Part shown: positions 22,861-33,487 of the stretch, piece by piece | Position numbering within the stretch: the first letter of the stretch is position 1 | How the letters are laid out: every line of letters begins with the position of its first letter | Origin: Pirellulales bacterium | GTDB taxonomy: Bacteria; Planctomycetota; Planctomycetia; Pirellulales; PALSA-1355 | NCBI GenBank assembly: GCA_963733035.1 | Contig: CAVTBU010000008.1 | Location: forward strand, 352,001-416,000 | Length of the DNA: 64,000 nt | Reading direction: 5' to 3' | Program-made: the position numbers and the translations under genes | Notes under the pieces: generated by a model | What the model was told of the DNA's origin: nothing | Databases searched by the model: none | What the model saw: only the letters and a program-made list of their open reading frames with translations

Positions 22861-24325
22861 TCACCGCCGCCCCCTTGTGGCATTTCCGTCTGAAGTGCGT
22901 GGAGATCCAGGCGGAATTGGAGCTTGTCGGATCTGCGAGTATTGGTCGACAAACGCCTTGACTTCTCGGTAGAACTTCTCGGGTTCCTCGTTCATGGGAT
23001 TGTGGGCGCTGTGGTCGAAGATAACGATGCGCTTGTCTGTGGCGGGAGTGCCCAGCACATCGTACGCGTTCTGCGCCAACTCGACCGGCGTTGCTCCGTC
23101 GTGTTTGCCCCACAACAAAAGAGTTGGGACGGTAATCTTGTGCATGTCGGGCGTGTAGTCGGTTGCGAGCGAGTTGCGAAATACTCGCTTGCTGTGCATT
23201 AGGTTAATACGCTCAGTCAGGAAGCTGGCGCGAAAAAAGATAGTGCAGCTCGCCACGGAAGTCGGTCCGTTCCGGCGCCTGGCCAAAATCGTAACCGCCG
23301 GCCGGGCCGATGTACTTATCCCAGAGTTGAGTTTCATACCAGTTTTCTCGTCGAACGTGGTGTGCTGCGTATTCGCGGGCTTCGTCCCAAATTTGACGTT
23401 CCTCCTGATTCCCTCCTCTGTCGATTCGCTGTTCGGCCCGCTCTTTGAGCCACGCGATCGAAAGCTTCCAGCAGAGCGGCTCGTTATGGGCACCGTCGAC
23501 TTCAATCCAACCGGCGACCTGGCCCTCGCCTGCTGCGTCGATGAGATACCTGGTGCCCAGTTCGCCGCCGGCGCTATGGCCCATGAGGAAGAGAGCTTTC
23601 GGGCGATATTGCTGTTGGCAAAGGCGCACTACCTGGCGCAGGTCATCAACGCAGTCGTCGACGGTTGCCACGGCGTCGGCCGGCGTGCCGGTCGAATTCC
23701 CAGATGCCCTTTGGTCCCAATAGACGATGGCGAATTCTTGTTCCAGCCTCCTAAACCCTCCGCTCAGGTGCTTCTCGATCGCATTGCCGCCCGGGCCGCC
23801 ATGCAGAAAAAGTAGCATGATTCCGGTGTCGGCATTGCCCTTAACCCAGAGGGGCATCCGCGCCCAACCATGCTGGACAACTTTGAAGTCGTCGAAATGC
23901 CCGGCAGGACGAGATTGGTGCCGCCAGATGAGACCGCACACGAGCACCGCGGCGAGCGCGACAACCGCAGCGCAATACAAGACCTTGCGATTGACCACTT
24001 GGAAGAGGCCGTAGATGACAAGGCCAGCGACAAAGTATGCCACCATTGAAAAATAGACATGGTTGTAAAGGTCATTTACCGGATCGTTCCACAAGTGTTG
24101 AGAGAGCTGGAACGAGAAAAAGAACGGCAATTCGAGCGGTACAAGTGTGACTCGAACGGGAAGTGCAAGTTCCGCGCCAAACCATGCGCGCAGTGCGATC
24201 ATAAGCAGACCTAGCAGCGATGCGACGCCGCCCGCCAGCATGAGCCGCAGGATATGGCCACGGACTTTGAACTTCGTCATGCGCTCGACCTGATCAGATG
24301 AATTCGCAGCGCGTTCCTTTTGCAT
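22861..24325 (-). CDS. Alpha/beta hydrolase (proline iminopeptidase-like) with N-terminal TM helices; frameshift ~23235
   Basis: LHGGPGG, WDQRASGNS, GHSAGG nucleophile motif; second frame gives PTLLLWGKHDG and HSAHNPMNEEP. The break sits in an A6/T6 run. Confidence 0.8.
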
Positions 24326-24488
24326 TCGTCATTCCCAGCAGATTCTTGGATGTGGTTTCCAGGGACCTCGGCCCTGGCATTCCCCAACACCCCAGAGCAG
24401 GACGGCATGGTCTGGTTGACTTCACCTCGGGCAGCCAGGGTAAAATGGGCGGGGATTCACTGACGGTTTTTGGCTGGTATTCGGGATA

Positions 24489-24603
24489 ATGAAGCGCCGT
24501 AGATAATCGGCGTTTTGGAGAGCGCTCGAAGGGAGTGCGGCCCGCTCTACTCTCAAATAACTCCCGGGTCGCGAAATGCGGTCGCGGGTCGCGGGGGTTT
24601 TTT
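24489..24603 (+). repeat. Degenerate repeat copy 2 (shared upstream arm plus tRNA 3' flank/hairpin)
   Basis: ATAACTCCCGGGTCGC (24557-24572) is 15/16 identical to 22761-22776 and ends GCGGGGGTTTTTT; the upstream ~60 nt aligns with copy 3. Confidence 0.7.
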
Positions 24604-24717
24604 GGAGACATTTCGGGTCCGTGAGGATCAGCAACCGCCAATTTCCGCCTAAACTCCACTCGTAGAATGTCGCAACGACGTAAACGGCCCCTTGTGTCCG
24701 TTCGAAAGGGGAAAACG

Positions 24718-25164
24718 ATGGATACAAAGGCTTTGCCCCTCGGGACTCTTGCGCTATCCATTTTGCTCATCGCGCAGGCCGTCGCGGCGGATGATCCATT
24801 GACCCACCTTGCGGGGACCTGGAAGGTCGTGGGCGCAACCGTGGACGCCAATCCGATCAATGATCCGCAGATCACGGGGGCAAAGCTGACGTTCAGTGGC
24901 GACAGTTTGTTGATGGAACCAGGCGACGGCAGTCAGGACGAACGCCACCGGATCAAGCTGGATGCCGACTCCGATCCGCTGTCGTATCACTCCGAACGCG
25001 TCCAACCGGCTGACCGCCCGCAAAACGGCTGGACGATCTTTGAGGTTAAAGGCGATCGGCTTCGTATGGCCTTTTTCGATGCGCTCAGAGGCCGTCCCAA
25101 GTCCTTCGAGCCCCAGCCGAAGCTTGTGGTTCTCGAACTGAGGAAGGTTCCTAGCGACCCGTAA
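24718..25164 (+). CDS. TIGR03067-like planctomycete domain protein, secreted
   Basis: Signal peptide; LAGTWKVV...LTFSGD...IKLD...IFEVKGDRLRMAF...RPKSF...LELRK. Confidence 0.75.
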   Translation: MDTKALPLGTLALSILLIAQAVAADDPLTHLAGTWKVVGATVDANPINDPQITGAKLTFSGDSLLMEPGDGSQDERHRIKLDADSDPLSYHSERVQPADRPQNGWTIFEVKGDRLRMAFFDALRGRPKSFEPQPKLVVLELRKVPSDP

Positions 25165-25273
25165 ACGCCGCTGGTCGCCGCGGACAATCGACGGGTTTGT
25201 GACCGGTCGCGACTGTCGCGGCGCGGATCGACGGGGCCCGACAGCCTCGTCTCCCTCGCACTAGCTAGGACTT

Positions 25274-25383
25274 ATGAAGTCGTTTCGATCACCCGGATTC
25301 TAGACAGCGCTTGAAGCGAGTGCCGGCCCACTCTATTCGCATAACCCCCGGGTCGCCCTGATCGCGGCTACAGGGTTCTTGTT
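25274..25383 (+). repeat. Degenerate repeat copy 3 (shared upstream arm plus tRNA 3' flank/decayed hairpin)
   Basis: 25333-25356 CTATTCGCATAACCCCCGGGTCGC is 23/24 identical to 22753-22776. Confidence 0.8.
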
Positions 25384-25601
25384 GTACTTTACGGCTCACT
25401 GGCTCGAGCAAGCCTGAAAAGTGCACGAAATAAACTTCCCGCGTGCGTGGGCATCGAGTCAATCGTACGGTTCCCACAACTCGGTGTAATCATTGACGCA
25501 AATGACGGCAATCGCGGACCAAACCATCCACAGGTTGCCGGCCGAACTTTGCCTGGGTTAAGAAGTCACTCGGAAGGTTGAAGCGTTTCGCGGGCTTGCC
25601 T

Positions 25602-27179
25602 TCAATTGGGCCGGCTCATGTGTATCAGCCAGTCCTCGTTCAATTCAACGTGCTTGATTGCGTAGCGGCGGTAGGTGTAGGTCAGGTGCAACCGGCCGTC
25701 GGTCGATTGGATGATCGAAGGGTAAGAGTACTCACCCGGATTCGACTCCAACCGCAGTGGCTTCTCCCAGGTTCGGCCTTCGTCGATTGATCTGGTGATC
25801 GACAGCGGCGTACGGCTGGTCTGCGAGTCGTTATAGACCAACACCAGGTGGCCATTGGTCAACCGCGTCATGGTGATGCCGGAGTCAGGGTTCTCCAGTG
25901 GCGTGTCAACCGCCCTGTTCCAGGTCAGCCCACCGTCGGAGGATTCCACCTGGGTGATGTGCCGGGCGTGGCGCAGCAGCGCTAAGATCGAATTGTCGCA
26001 ACGCTGGACCACGGCCGGCTGGCTGCCACCGTCGGTGAAGCCGGCCCGTTGCCAAGTCGAGGTGTCGCTGGGCAGTCGCAAGAAGTGGGAGCCCTCGACC
26101 TTACCCTGCAGACCTTCCACTGGCAGCAGCAGCGTCTTGTCAGCCAACACAATCGGTGGATTGCGCGGCACACACCACAACTCCTCGTCGAACATCGGGC
26201 GGTCTTCGCTCCAGGTCACGCCCTGATCGGTCGAAGTTCTCGCAAACAGCCGACAACGGTCCCAACCGCCGCCTCGCCGCATCGGCCGCGTTCCTTCCAT
26301 CCGGCACCAGACGATCCACAGTCGCTCGGTCGTGTCGCGAAAAATAACGCCGTTGCCCGGCGGGGCCACGGCGTTCTGCAGCAACACCTGTGGCGTGCTC
26401 CAGCGTTTATCGTCGGGCCGCTTTCGAGCCAGAAAGATCGCCTGATCGTCGGCGCTCTCATAGCTGCCGCCGTACCATAGGCACAGCAGGTCGCCGTTAG
26501 CCGCCTCGCAGATTGTCGAGCAGTGGTGTGCCGGCGCCAGCGGAATGCTTTCAAAGACCTGCTCGGCCGCAAACCAAATCGAACCGTAGGGGTTGTCGGA
26601 TTTTGGAGCTGAGCCAGGCTTGTCGAGTGGCGTGCCCTCGACGGGCATCGTGGACGTGGCGAGCGGTCGTTTGGCCAGGACGCTTTCGATGGCGGCGGCG
26701 AACCCGCGCCGCGCCGCGCCGTCTTGCAGTCCACCGTGGTAGACCAAAACGCCGCGTCGGTCGAGCAGATAGACCTCCGGTACAAAACGAGCGCCGAAGT
26801 GTTTCACCGTTTTCCCCTCTGGGTCGCGATAGAGCGGAAAGATCGTGCCCCGCGCCTGGGCAAACGCCCGTAGCTCGTCGCCGTTCTCCTCCGGGTTGGG
26901 GCAGACACCCACGAATAGCACGCCGCGGAGGCGGTGCTTGCGATAGAGCTGATTGAGGTCGGCCATAACCGAATCGGTCGTTTCACTCCGGCTCGACAGA
27001 AAGACCACCGCCGTGGCAGGACGCTCCGCGTAGTTGTCCATCACGATCTGTGGACCAAGCACCGATGTCAGTGTGACCGGGCCCGCCGCGGAGCCAGGCT
27101 CCAACGCCCGAGCCGTGACGGGGCCGAGGGTCAGCAATGCCGCGCCAGCGCAAACAATGTGTCGCAAGGTGTCGTTCAT
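25602..27179 (-). CDS. Secreted redoxin-like domain fused to BNR/Asp-box sialidase-family domain
   Basis: Signal peptide; FGARFVPEVYLLD...LVYHG redoxin-like part; Asp boxes STDQGVTW, SSDGGLTW, SIDEGRTW; EYSYPSIIQ. Confidence 0.8.
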   Translation of the reverse strand: MNDTLRHIVCAGAALLTLGPVTARALEPGSAAGPVTLTSVLGPQIVMDNYAERPATAVVFLSSRSETTDSVMADLNQLYRKHRLRGVLFVGVCPNPEENGDELRAFAQARGTIFPLYRDPEGKTVKHFGARFVPEVYLLDRRGVLVYHGGLQDGAARRGFAAAIESVLAKRPLATSTMPVEGTPLDKPGSAPKSDNPYGSIWFAAEQVFESIPLAPAHHCSTICEAANGDLLCLWYGGSYESADDQAIFLARKRPDDKRWSTPQVLLQNAVAPPGNGVIFRDTTERLWIVWCRMEGTRPMRRGGGWDRCRLFARTSTDQGVTWSEDRPMFDEELWCVPRNPPIVLADKTLLLPVEGLQGKVEGSHFLRLPSDTSTWQRAGFTDGGSQPAVVQRCDNSILALLRHARHITQVESSDGGLTWNRAVDTPLENPDSGITMTRLTNGHLVLVYNDSQTSRTPLSITRSIDEGRTWEKPLRLESNPGEYSYPSIIQSTDGRLHLTYTYRRYAIKHVELNEDWLIHMSRPN

Positions 27180-27380
27180 GGAGTGGTTCCAAGGGCGGAT
27201 CAGTCGGTGTTGGGAGTTCAGCGGCCGGCGAGGGAAACGTCGAATAACCTGCACTATATCTGCCGGTCCCGCGTGTCTCAATGCACGCCCACCGCTGCCG
27301 CTAAATCTGGGTCCGGCCGAGCTTCCCATACGCCGAGTGCGCCGGATTGGACAGGCCACAAGTCATGCCATCAATGCTGG

Positions 27381-29102
27381 TCACTGGTCTTGCTTCAGCG
27401 ATGCTTCGACGCGGTCTAGCCGACAATTCAGCCGGTTGAAAGCAAACAGCGCGAGTCCGAGAAAGCACGCGTAGAGCACGCCGATCTTCGCCGGCCAAAT
27501 CGACGCGGCGCCCACGACGCCCGTGAATGTCATCAGGTCGACCATGCGCGCGCAAATGCGCATCGAGTCCGTGCTTGAAGGAAGCCCAACTTGCGGGTTG
27601 CGAAGTGCATACCACACATTGAGCACGGCAACACTACAAATGAGGATTCCGATTGGTGCAAACAGCGTGATCCGCGCCGACGACCAGGAATACTGATCGA
27701 CCGCCTTCGCATCATACAGGCCTAGCAGCACTCCCGCCTGAGCAGACGCTCCCCACGCCATGATGAAGACCAGCAGGAATACGCTGTAGACGAACGAGAG
27801 TCCCCGCCGCCTCGCTTGAACTCCATCGTGATATCGCGTGGCCTGGAACAAGGCGAATACGTACAGCAATCCCAATAGCACGCCGACGGTGATGAAATTC
27901 TCGCGAGCCATCAAGTAGACAGCAAGAAACACGCCCAGGGCCAGCGCACTCGTCTCGCACCATCGTCGATACATTGAGAGTCCGCTGTTTTGGCCCGCCT
28001 CGCGATTCTCGTCGACTTGGCGGGTCGCCCAATACAGGACAACCACGTAAGCCAAGCCCAAGTTAAATCCAGATTGGAGCTCCCACATCTTCCACCAGTC
28101 GACCAGGTTCGGCGCATACGAATAGCCCAAGCACCAGAGAGCCGCCAGCGAAAAGCCCGCGCCAAAACCCACTCCAATCACCAATCCGGCAAACAGCGTA
28201 TACCGATCTCGCCCGATGGCCGCGACCAGTAACGCGCCAATCCACCAGCCGACGACAATCGCGTTTTGCGAATTGGTGTAAACGGTCCTCCCCAGGTGGC
28301 GTCCAAGATCTCCGGCAAGACCGAGCTGGTCGTTCGGAAAGAACAACCACCGGGAAATGAGCAGCAAGAGTACGATCATTGCTGCAACGGCGCCGAGGGA
28401 TATCCCGCGAGCGGTCCAGCCGCTCCGCAAGCCTCCTGCGTTGGCATACCAAGCCAATACGCCAAGCGACGCACTGGCGAACCAGGCAACAATCATATTT
28501 CGTTGCGCGTTTGCGGCCGAGGCCGCGTCGACCACGCCGTCGACTTCGGGAACGTACACGCCGAGGTGCCAATTCGGAAAAAATAGCCACGGCCACGTTT
28601 GCACCGCGAGCCGCGCGAGGATCGCAAGGCCCACCGGAATCAACAATCGGGCCAGCCAGACGCCAAGCGACTTCTTGCCGGCCAGCGCCCAGCCCAGGGC
28701 AATTCCACCGAAACCGCCCCAGCCGATGCCGCACATCGCAAACCACGCATAGCCGAGCCAGGGAGCGATGGGCACGACATCATCGCTTACGTTGAACGTG
28801 CCGCGAATCCACGAAACGTATTGCCCATAGCCGAGCTCGCCGCCCAGCGCGATTCCCAGCCCTAGCCACAACGGAACGCCGCGCGCGTCGATGCCTTTGC
28901 GCCAGCAGATGTACCACCACCAGACGCCCCAGGTCATCCCGGGCACAATTGCACCCTCGATGCCGCCCCAGCCGCTCGTGCCGCGAATCGCCCAGGTGAT
29001 CGCGCCCATGCTCGCAAAGATCAACATCGTGAGCAGAACCTCACCGATCGAAATGCGATTGGCACGATATCGTTGATACGTCTGCGCGTCGGCGATATTC
29101 AC
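27381..29102 (-). CDS. Hypothetical polytopic membrane protein (Gly/Trp-rich)
   Basis: 573-aa ORF with many hydrophobic helices; WAIRGTSGWGG and WWKMWE motifs. Confidence 0.7.
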   Translation of the reverse strand: MNIADAQTYQRYRANRISIGEVLLTMLIFASMGAITWAIRGTSGWGGIEGAIVPGMTWGVWWWYICWRKGIDARGVPLWLGLGIALGGELGYGQYVSWIRGTFNVSDDVVPIAPWLGYAWFAMCGIGWGGFGGIALGWALAGKKSLGVWLARLLIPVGLAILARLAVQTWPWLFFPNWHLGVYVPEVDGVVDAASAANAQRNMIVAWFASASLGVLAWYANAGGLRSGWTARGISLGAVAAMIVLLLLISRWLFFPNDQLGLAGDLGRHLGRTVYTNSQNAIVVGWWIGALLVAAIGRDRYTLFAGLVIGVGFGAGFSLAALWCLGYSYAPNLVDWWKMWELQSGFNLGLAYVVVLYWATRQVDENREAGQNSGLSMYRRWCETSALALGVFLAVYLMARENFITVGVLLGLLYVFALFQATRYHDGVQARRRGLSFVYSVFLLVFIMAWGASAQAGVLLGLYDAKAVDQYSWSSARITLFAPIGILICSVAVLNVWYALRNPQVGLPSSTDSMRICARMVDLMTFTGVVGAASIWPAKIGVLYACFLGLALFAFNRLNCRLDRVEASLKQDQ

Positions 29103-29659
29103 GATTGCGTCAGGTGACCGTCGAAAGATAAAAGTGCCTCGTCAACTACCGCGTCAATATCCCGACTTCGGCCACGTCCAAGCGCTGACTCCAAGGGAGC
29201 TGCGACTCGTCAATCGGATCCCATGTCAAACGCAGCGAGCTATCGGCGATCAATTCGGCCGGAACCGAAAACTCCTGGAACTGTCCAGTCTGCCGCGTCC
29301 AAATCATCGTCATCGACTCCGACGCATTGCCGCGACGACGCGTCGACTTGATGCGAGTCCAGATAGCCGGTATTTCGACTGCGTGTGCAGTCGGTTCAGC
29401 CGATGATACTCTGACGTGACGGCTGAATCCACGACCGCGTGACTCATATGCTCGCGATTACGAGTGCCACAGGAGCCGCGCGCCCATGCGATCGGTCGTC
29501 GATCGAGCGGCCGGGTACAAGTTAGGATCGAACGGCCTGCAACCTCGGCAGTCGCGCGCGTCGGAAGCCGGAGCGCCGCGCACGACCGAACTTGGCCGGT
29601 CGGCAGTCATCGCCGACCGGCCGGTGCGATCTTCCGCATGCATGCCACGTCCAGCCCCG

Positions 29660-30754
29660 TTACATCCGCCGCCGACGCCACCTCAAAACGCCCATGCCCA
29701 CCAGACCGGTCGCCAGCATGGCCAGCGTCGAGGGCTCCGGCACGCTGTGAAGCGGAGTATAGAACAGGCAATCCGCGGGCGAACCGTCTGGCAATGGCGC
29801 TGCTCCGATCCGGATAATCGACGGGTCGGCAGTCGTCACCGAGTTGTCCCAATTCGTCCCCACACCAGGCGTGGCGCCATGGTAGCTTCCATTCTCCCCC
29901 TGGAAGACGTAAAAGGCGCAGTCCGGCCCCACGGTTGCCAGGTCGCCATACGCGCCGCTGCCCGTCGCAATGTCGGTGATCGTCGGGACGCCCGTGTATC
30001 CGGGTCCCAAAACATATTGCGAAATCGTGCCGTCGTTGTTGTTGCTGTAGAGCGTGTCGCTCGTGGCCGTGGCGTTGAAGGCCAACCCGTCGGGATAGTG
30101 CGCGGTAGCGAAGGAATTGACGACTGAACCGGTGCTCGTGAGGATTGTGATCGTCTGGTTCGTCTGCCCAGTAATGGCGAGGTTTCCCGCCGGCCCCGAT
30201 ACCATTCCGTCGACCAGTGCGTTCGACGTGTAGATCAGCGTGTTCGTGCCACCTACCGGGTCGTAGATATAGACGTTGCTGTTGGAGCCACTATCCGTAT
30301 ACGCGATGCGTCCGTCGGGCATGGTCGTGATTCCGTATATCCCCGCGGCCGTTCCAGCCAATGTCTGCGCTGGGGCCGCCCAGTTGGATGGATCGAATCG
30401 CTGTAGCCCCGCGTTGGTCACCGCGTAGATGTAGCCGTCCAGGCCGTTGGTCATGCCCGTGCCGCTGGCCAAACCGGTGATCGTGTGCGTCGCGATCACG
30501 CCGTGTAGCGAAGTTCCTTGGTAAGTCGAGTTCTGCGTCGGGCTGTACTCGAGGATTGTGGCGCCGTTGCGCGAGAGCAGGTGATCGTTGCTGGTCCACG
30601 CCATTCCAGCGTAGGCCGAAGGGCCGGCATAAATCTCCTGGGTGAAGGCCGGGTCCAGGTACGGGAATTGATCGGCCAGCGCGCCAGTCGCAAGGATTGC
30701 ACTTACGAAACCGGCAAACAATCCAACGAAGGCCATACGAAATGCGCGTGTCAT
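29660..30754 (-). CDS. PEP-CTERM surface protein, probable beta-propeller
   Basis: Signal peptide; Gly/Thr/Ser-rich repeats (GLDGYIY, MPDGRIAY, PDGLAF); C-terminal VPEPSTLAMLATGLVGMGVLRWRRRR. Confidence 0.88.
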   Translation of the reverse strand: MTRAFRMAFVGLFAGFVSAILATGALADQFPYLDPAFTQEIYAGPSAYAGMAWTSNDHLLSRNGATILEYSPTQNSTYQGTSLHGVIATHTITGLASGTGMTNGLDGYIYAVTNAGLQRFDPSNWAAPAQTLAGTAAGIYGITTMPDGRIAYTDSGSNSNVYIYDPVGGTNTLIYTSNALVDGMVSGPAGNLAITGQTNQTITILTSTGSVVNSFATAHYPDGLAFNATATSDTLYSNNNDGTISQYVLGPGYTGVPTITDIATGSGAYGDLATVGPDCAFYVFQGENGSYHGATPGVGTNWDNSVTTADPSIIRIGAAPLPDGSPADCLFYTPLHSVPEPSTLAMLATGLVGMGVLRWRRRRM

Positions 30755-31115
30755 GAGCGAACTCCATCGAAACAGAGAAGAGGTCGGACAAGAAAGATCG
30801 GTCCAGGGGCGCGATTCAGGAAGGGCCGCCAACGCTCCGACTGGACGGCGCGATTATCCACTGGCGAATGACTAGCGCCTAGCTGGGCGTTTCAAATGGG
30901 CTGGTGGCAGATTCACCGAAGCAGGTCCACTCGCTTGCTGACAAGCGATCGTCAAGTTAGTTTGTACACAAAGTAATTTCGCGCTGAGCTGTAATGCAAA
31001 TCTCGAATTGGGCCGGGACCTTTGCCCGTGTCACGTCAAATGTATGGCAGCGCAAACGCCCGCGGCTAGAATGGCCCCAACTCCTCGATCCGATGTTCCT
31101 CGCTCCAGGTCACTC

Positions 31116-32461
31116 ATGTTGACAACGATCCAAATTCGAACCTTTGTTTTTGCCTGTCTCATGGCTGTCCTTTCGGCAGCAGGTGCCGTCGCACAGGAGA
31201 ACTGGACACGCTTCCGCGGCAGCGACGCCACGGGCGTCGTGCCAGACGATCCGCGGCTACCCGAAGTGTGGGATCAGGAAACGGGCGTCCTGTGGCAAAC
31301 CGACATCCCCGGTCGCGGCTGGGGCAGCCCGATCGTGTGGGGCGACCGCGTGTTCGTTTCGGCTGTGCATAGCGACGCCGACTACGAAGCCCCCAAGGCG
31401 GGCCTGTATCTCGGCCAAGGCCGGGGCGAACCGCCCGACTCGGTGCATCACTGGATGGTCTATTGCCTGAGCCTCGACTCGGGCGAGTTGCTCTGGAAGC
31501 ACGAGGCACACACCGGCAAGCCCGACGTGCCGCGGCATCCCAAAAACACCTATGCCGCCGAAACGCCGACGACCGATGGTCAACGGCTGTACGTGCTGTT
31601 TGGCGATGTCGGCCTCTATGCCTACGACTTTGACGGTAAGCCGCTTTGGACGCACAGCATCGAGCCCAAAAAGACTTTCTTCGGCTATGGCGCCGCCGCG
31701 TCTCCGGTCGTGCAGGACGATCAGGTGATCATGGTCTACGACAACCTCGAGGAGTCGTACATCGCCGCCTTCGATAGCGCCACCGGCGAGCCCCGTTGGA
31801 AAGTCCTCCGCGATGAGAAGAAGAGCTGGTCGACGCCGCTCGTGTGGCGGCACGACGGCCGCACCGAAATCGTCACCACTGGCGAGAAAGAGAACCGCTC
31901 GTACTCACCCGAAGGCGAACTGCTGTGGCATTTCGACGGCAAGATGTCGGTGCTGACCATCCCTTCGCCGCTAGCGGCCGACGGCTTGCTCTACATCACG
32001 TCCGGCTACTTTCAGGATCAAAAACGGCCCATCTACGCCATCCGACCGGGAGCCTCGGGCGACATCTCGCTGGCCGAGGGTGAAACGTCCAACGATTCCA
32101 TCGTCTGGTCGCGCAAAAGATGGGGCCGTATAACACGTCTCCAATCGTGTATCGCGGCTATTACTACACACTGCTCGACCGCGGCATGCTCACTTGCCAC
32201 GATGCCAAGACCGGCGAACTCGTCTTCGATCGCACCCGCTTCCCGCAGGGGACCTCCTTCACCGCTTCACCCTGGGCCTACAACGGCAAGCTGTTCTTCC
32301 TCGACGAGAACGGCACCACCCACGTCATGCCCGCCGGCCCCGAATTCAGCATCGAGCGCACCAACCCGCTCGACGAGCTCTGCCTGGCCACCCCGTCCAT
32401 CAGCCAAGGCAAGCTGCTAATCCGCACGGCGTCGAAGGTGGTTTGCATCGGAGGGGAGTGA
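31116..32461 (+). CDS. PQQ-binding-like beta-propeller repeat protein; frameshift ~32115
   Basis: ENWTRFRG, GWGSPIVWGDRVF, ASPVV, SWSTP; continues in ORF 32120-32461 (YNTSPIVY...LATPSISQGKLLIRT). Confidence 0.85.
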
Positions 32462-32529
32462 ACCGCTCAGCCTGAGGTCACGAAAACTCGTGTGATCTTG
32501 CCAGTCAGGCGCCTTTTTACGGTTGGAGC

Positions 32530-32558
32530 TTGACACGAGTGCGGCGAGTTCTTAACCT
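32530..32558 (+). promoter_or_regulatory. Sigma70-type promoter upstream of the RAPP leader ORF
   Basis: TTGACA-17 nt-TAACCT. Confidence 0.6.
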
Positions 32559-32618
32559 CTAACTTGGTCGGACCGCCAAGGTTGTTTTGCGTTGCTGAAC
32601 GTATTGGCGGTTTTTTTC

Positions 32619-33104
32619 ATGCGCGTTGTCGTACCACGCACGTTTTGCCCCATTTTCGCGGCCTTTTTTGGCTTCGTCTCGCTGTTTGGGCAAGGCCTGC
32701 ATCTGCTGGTCGAGCACACCGACCACAGCGCGGCTGGCTGCTGCGCCTGCGATCACGCCGACGCCGCTCGCCTGCGGAATCGCCATTCCTCGGGTTGTCA
32801 TGCGGACCAGGGATGTGCCGACGAGCGGCATGCGGCGCCTCGCAAGCCGGCGCCTACGGTCACGACCCAGGCGTCGATGGCACCGCAATGGACGAGCGCC
32901 GGACACGACCCGCACAACTGCCCGATTTGCAGTTACCTCGCGCAGGCCCAGTGGACAACCACTGCCCCGGCGGCCGTCCTAACAGCGCTGGTCGCTCCTC
33001 TTACGCCCTGCGGCCAGCAGCGTCTATTCCTCGTTCGTGCCGGCGTCTATCACTCGCGCGCTCCGCCGATCGGGTGCGCTCCATCACGCCTAAGAAGCGC
33101 CTAG
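32619..33104 (+). CDS. DUF2946-like His/Cys-rich protein with CxxC and C-terminal RAPP motif (putative arrest peptide)
   Basis: Hydrophobic N-terminus ending GQGLHLL; HTDH...CCACDH; HDPHNCPICSYLAQ; HSRAPP (RAPP codons 33057-33068). Confidence 0.75.
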   Translation: MRVVVPRTFCPIFAAFFGFVSLFGQGLHLLVEHTDHSAAGCCACDHADAARLRNRHSSGCHADQGCADERHAAPRKPAPTVTTQASMAPQWTSAGHDPHNCPICSYLAQAQWTTTAPAAVLTALVAPLTPCGQQRLFLVRAGVYHSRAPPIGCAPSRLRSA

Positions 33105-33487
33105 CCCTCATTCCGTTCGGCTTGGTGTTTCGCTGCTTGTGCCACGCTCTGTAGCTCGCGTCGAGCCATGGTTGCACCTTGCGCTTGAGCCAAGGCTCGT
33201 GCGCTGTATGGGTCGGGCACTTCGTCGAGATCGAACCGTTCGGCCATGAGTTCGAACGGTGTGAATACACGTGTTGATTTGTGCTTCTCCGCCTCCGGCG
33301 GCGGCCGTTGAGCGATTGATGCGGTCCGACCAAACCGCGCTCACGCGCCGCCGGAGCGGACGTTGCGCCGCGATGCGTCAACGATGACCGCCGTGAACGA
33401 CAAAGGAAATCTGCGATGAGCAATCGGAACCAGTTTTTCGCGCCCCGAATCGATGCGCGCTGCCTCGTCTTCGACCCGGTTTCAGCT

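Noticed and set aside
29103..29659. Further copies of the tRNA-flank repeat or an ncRNA in this gap
   Set aside because: No match to the repeat core found by eye; only generic GC-rich hairpins.
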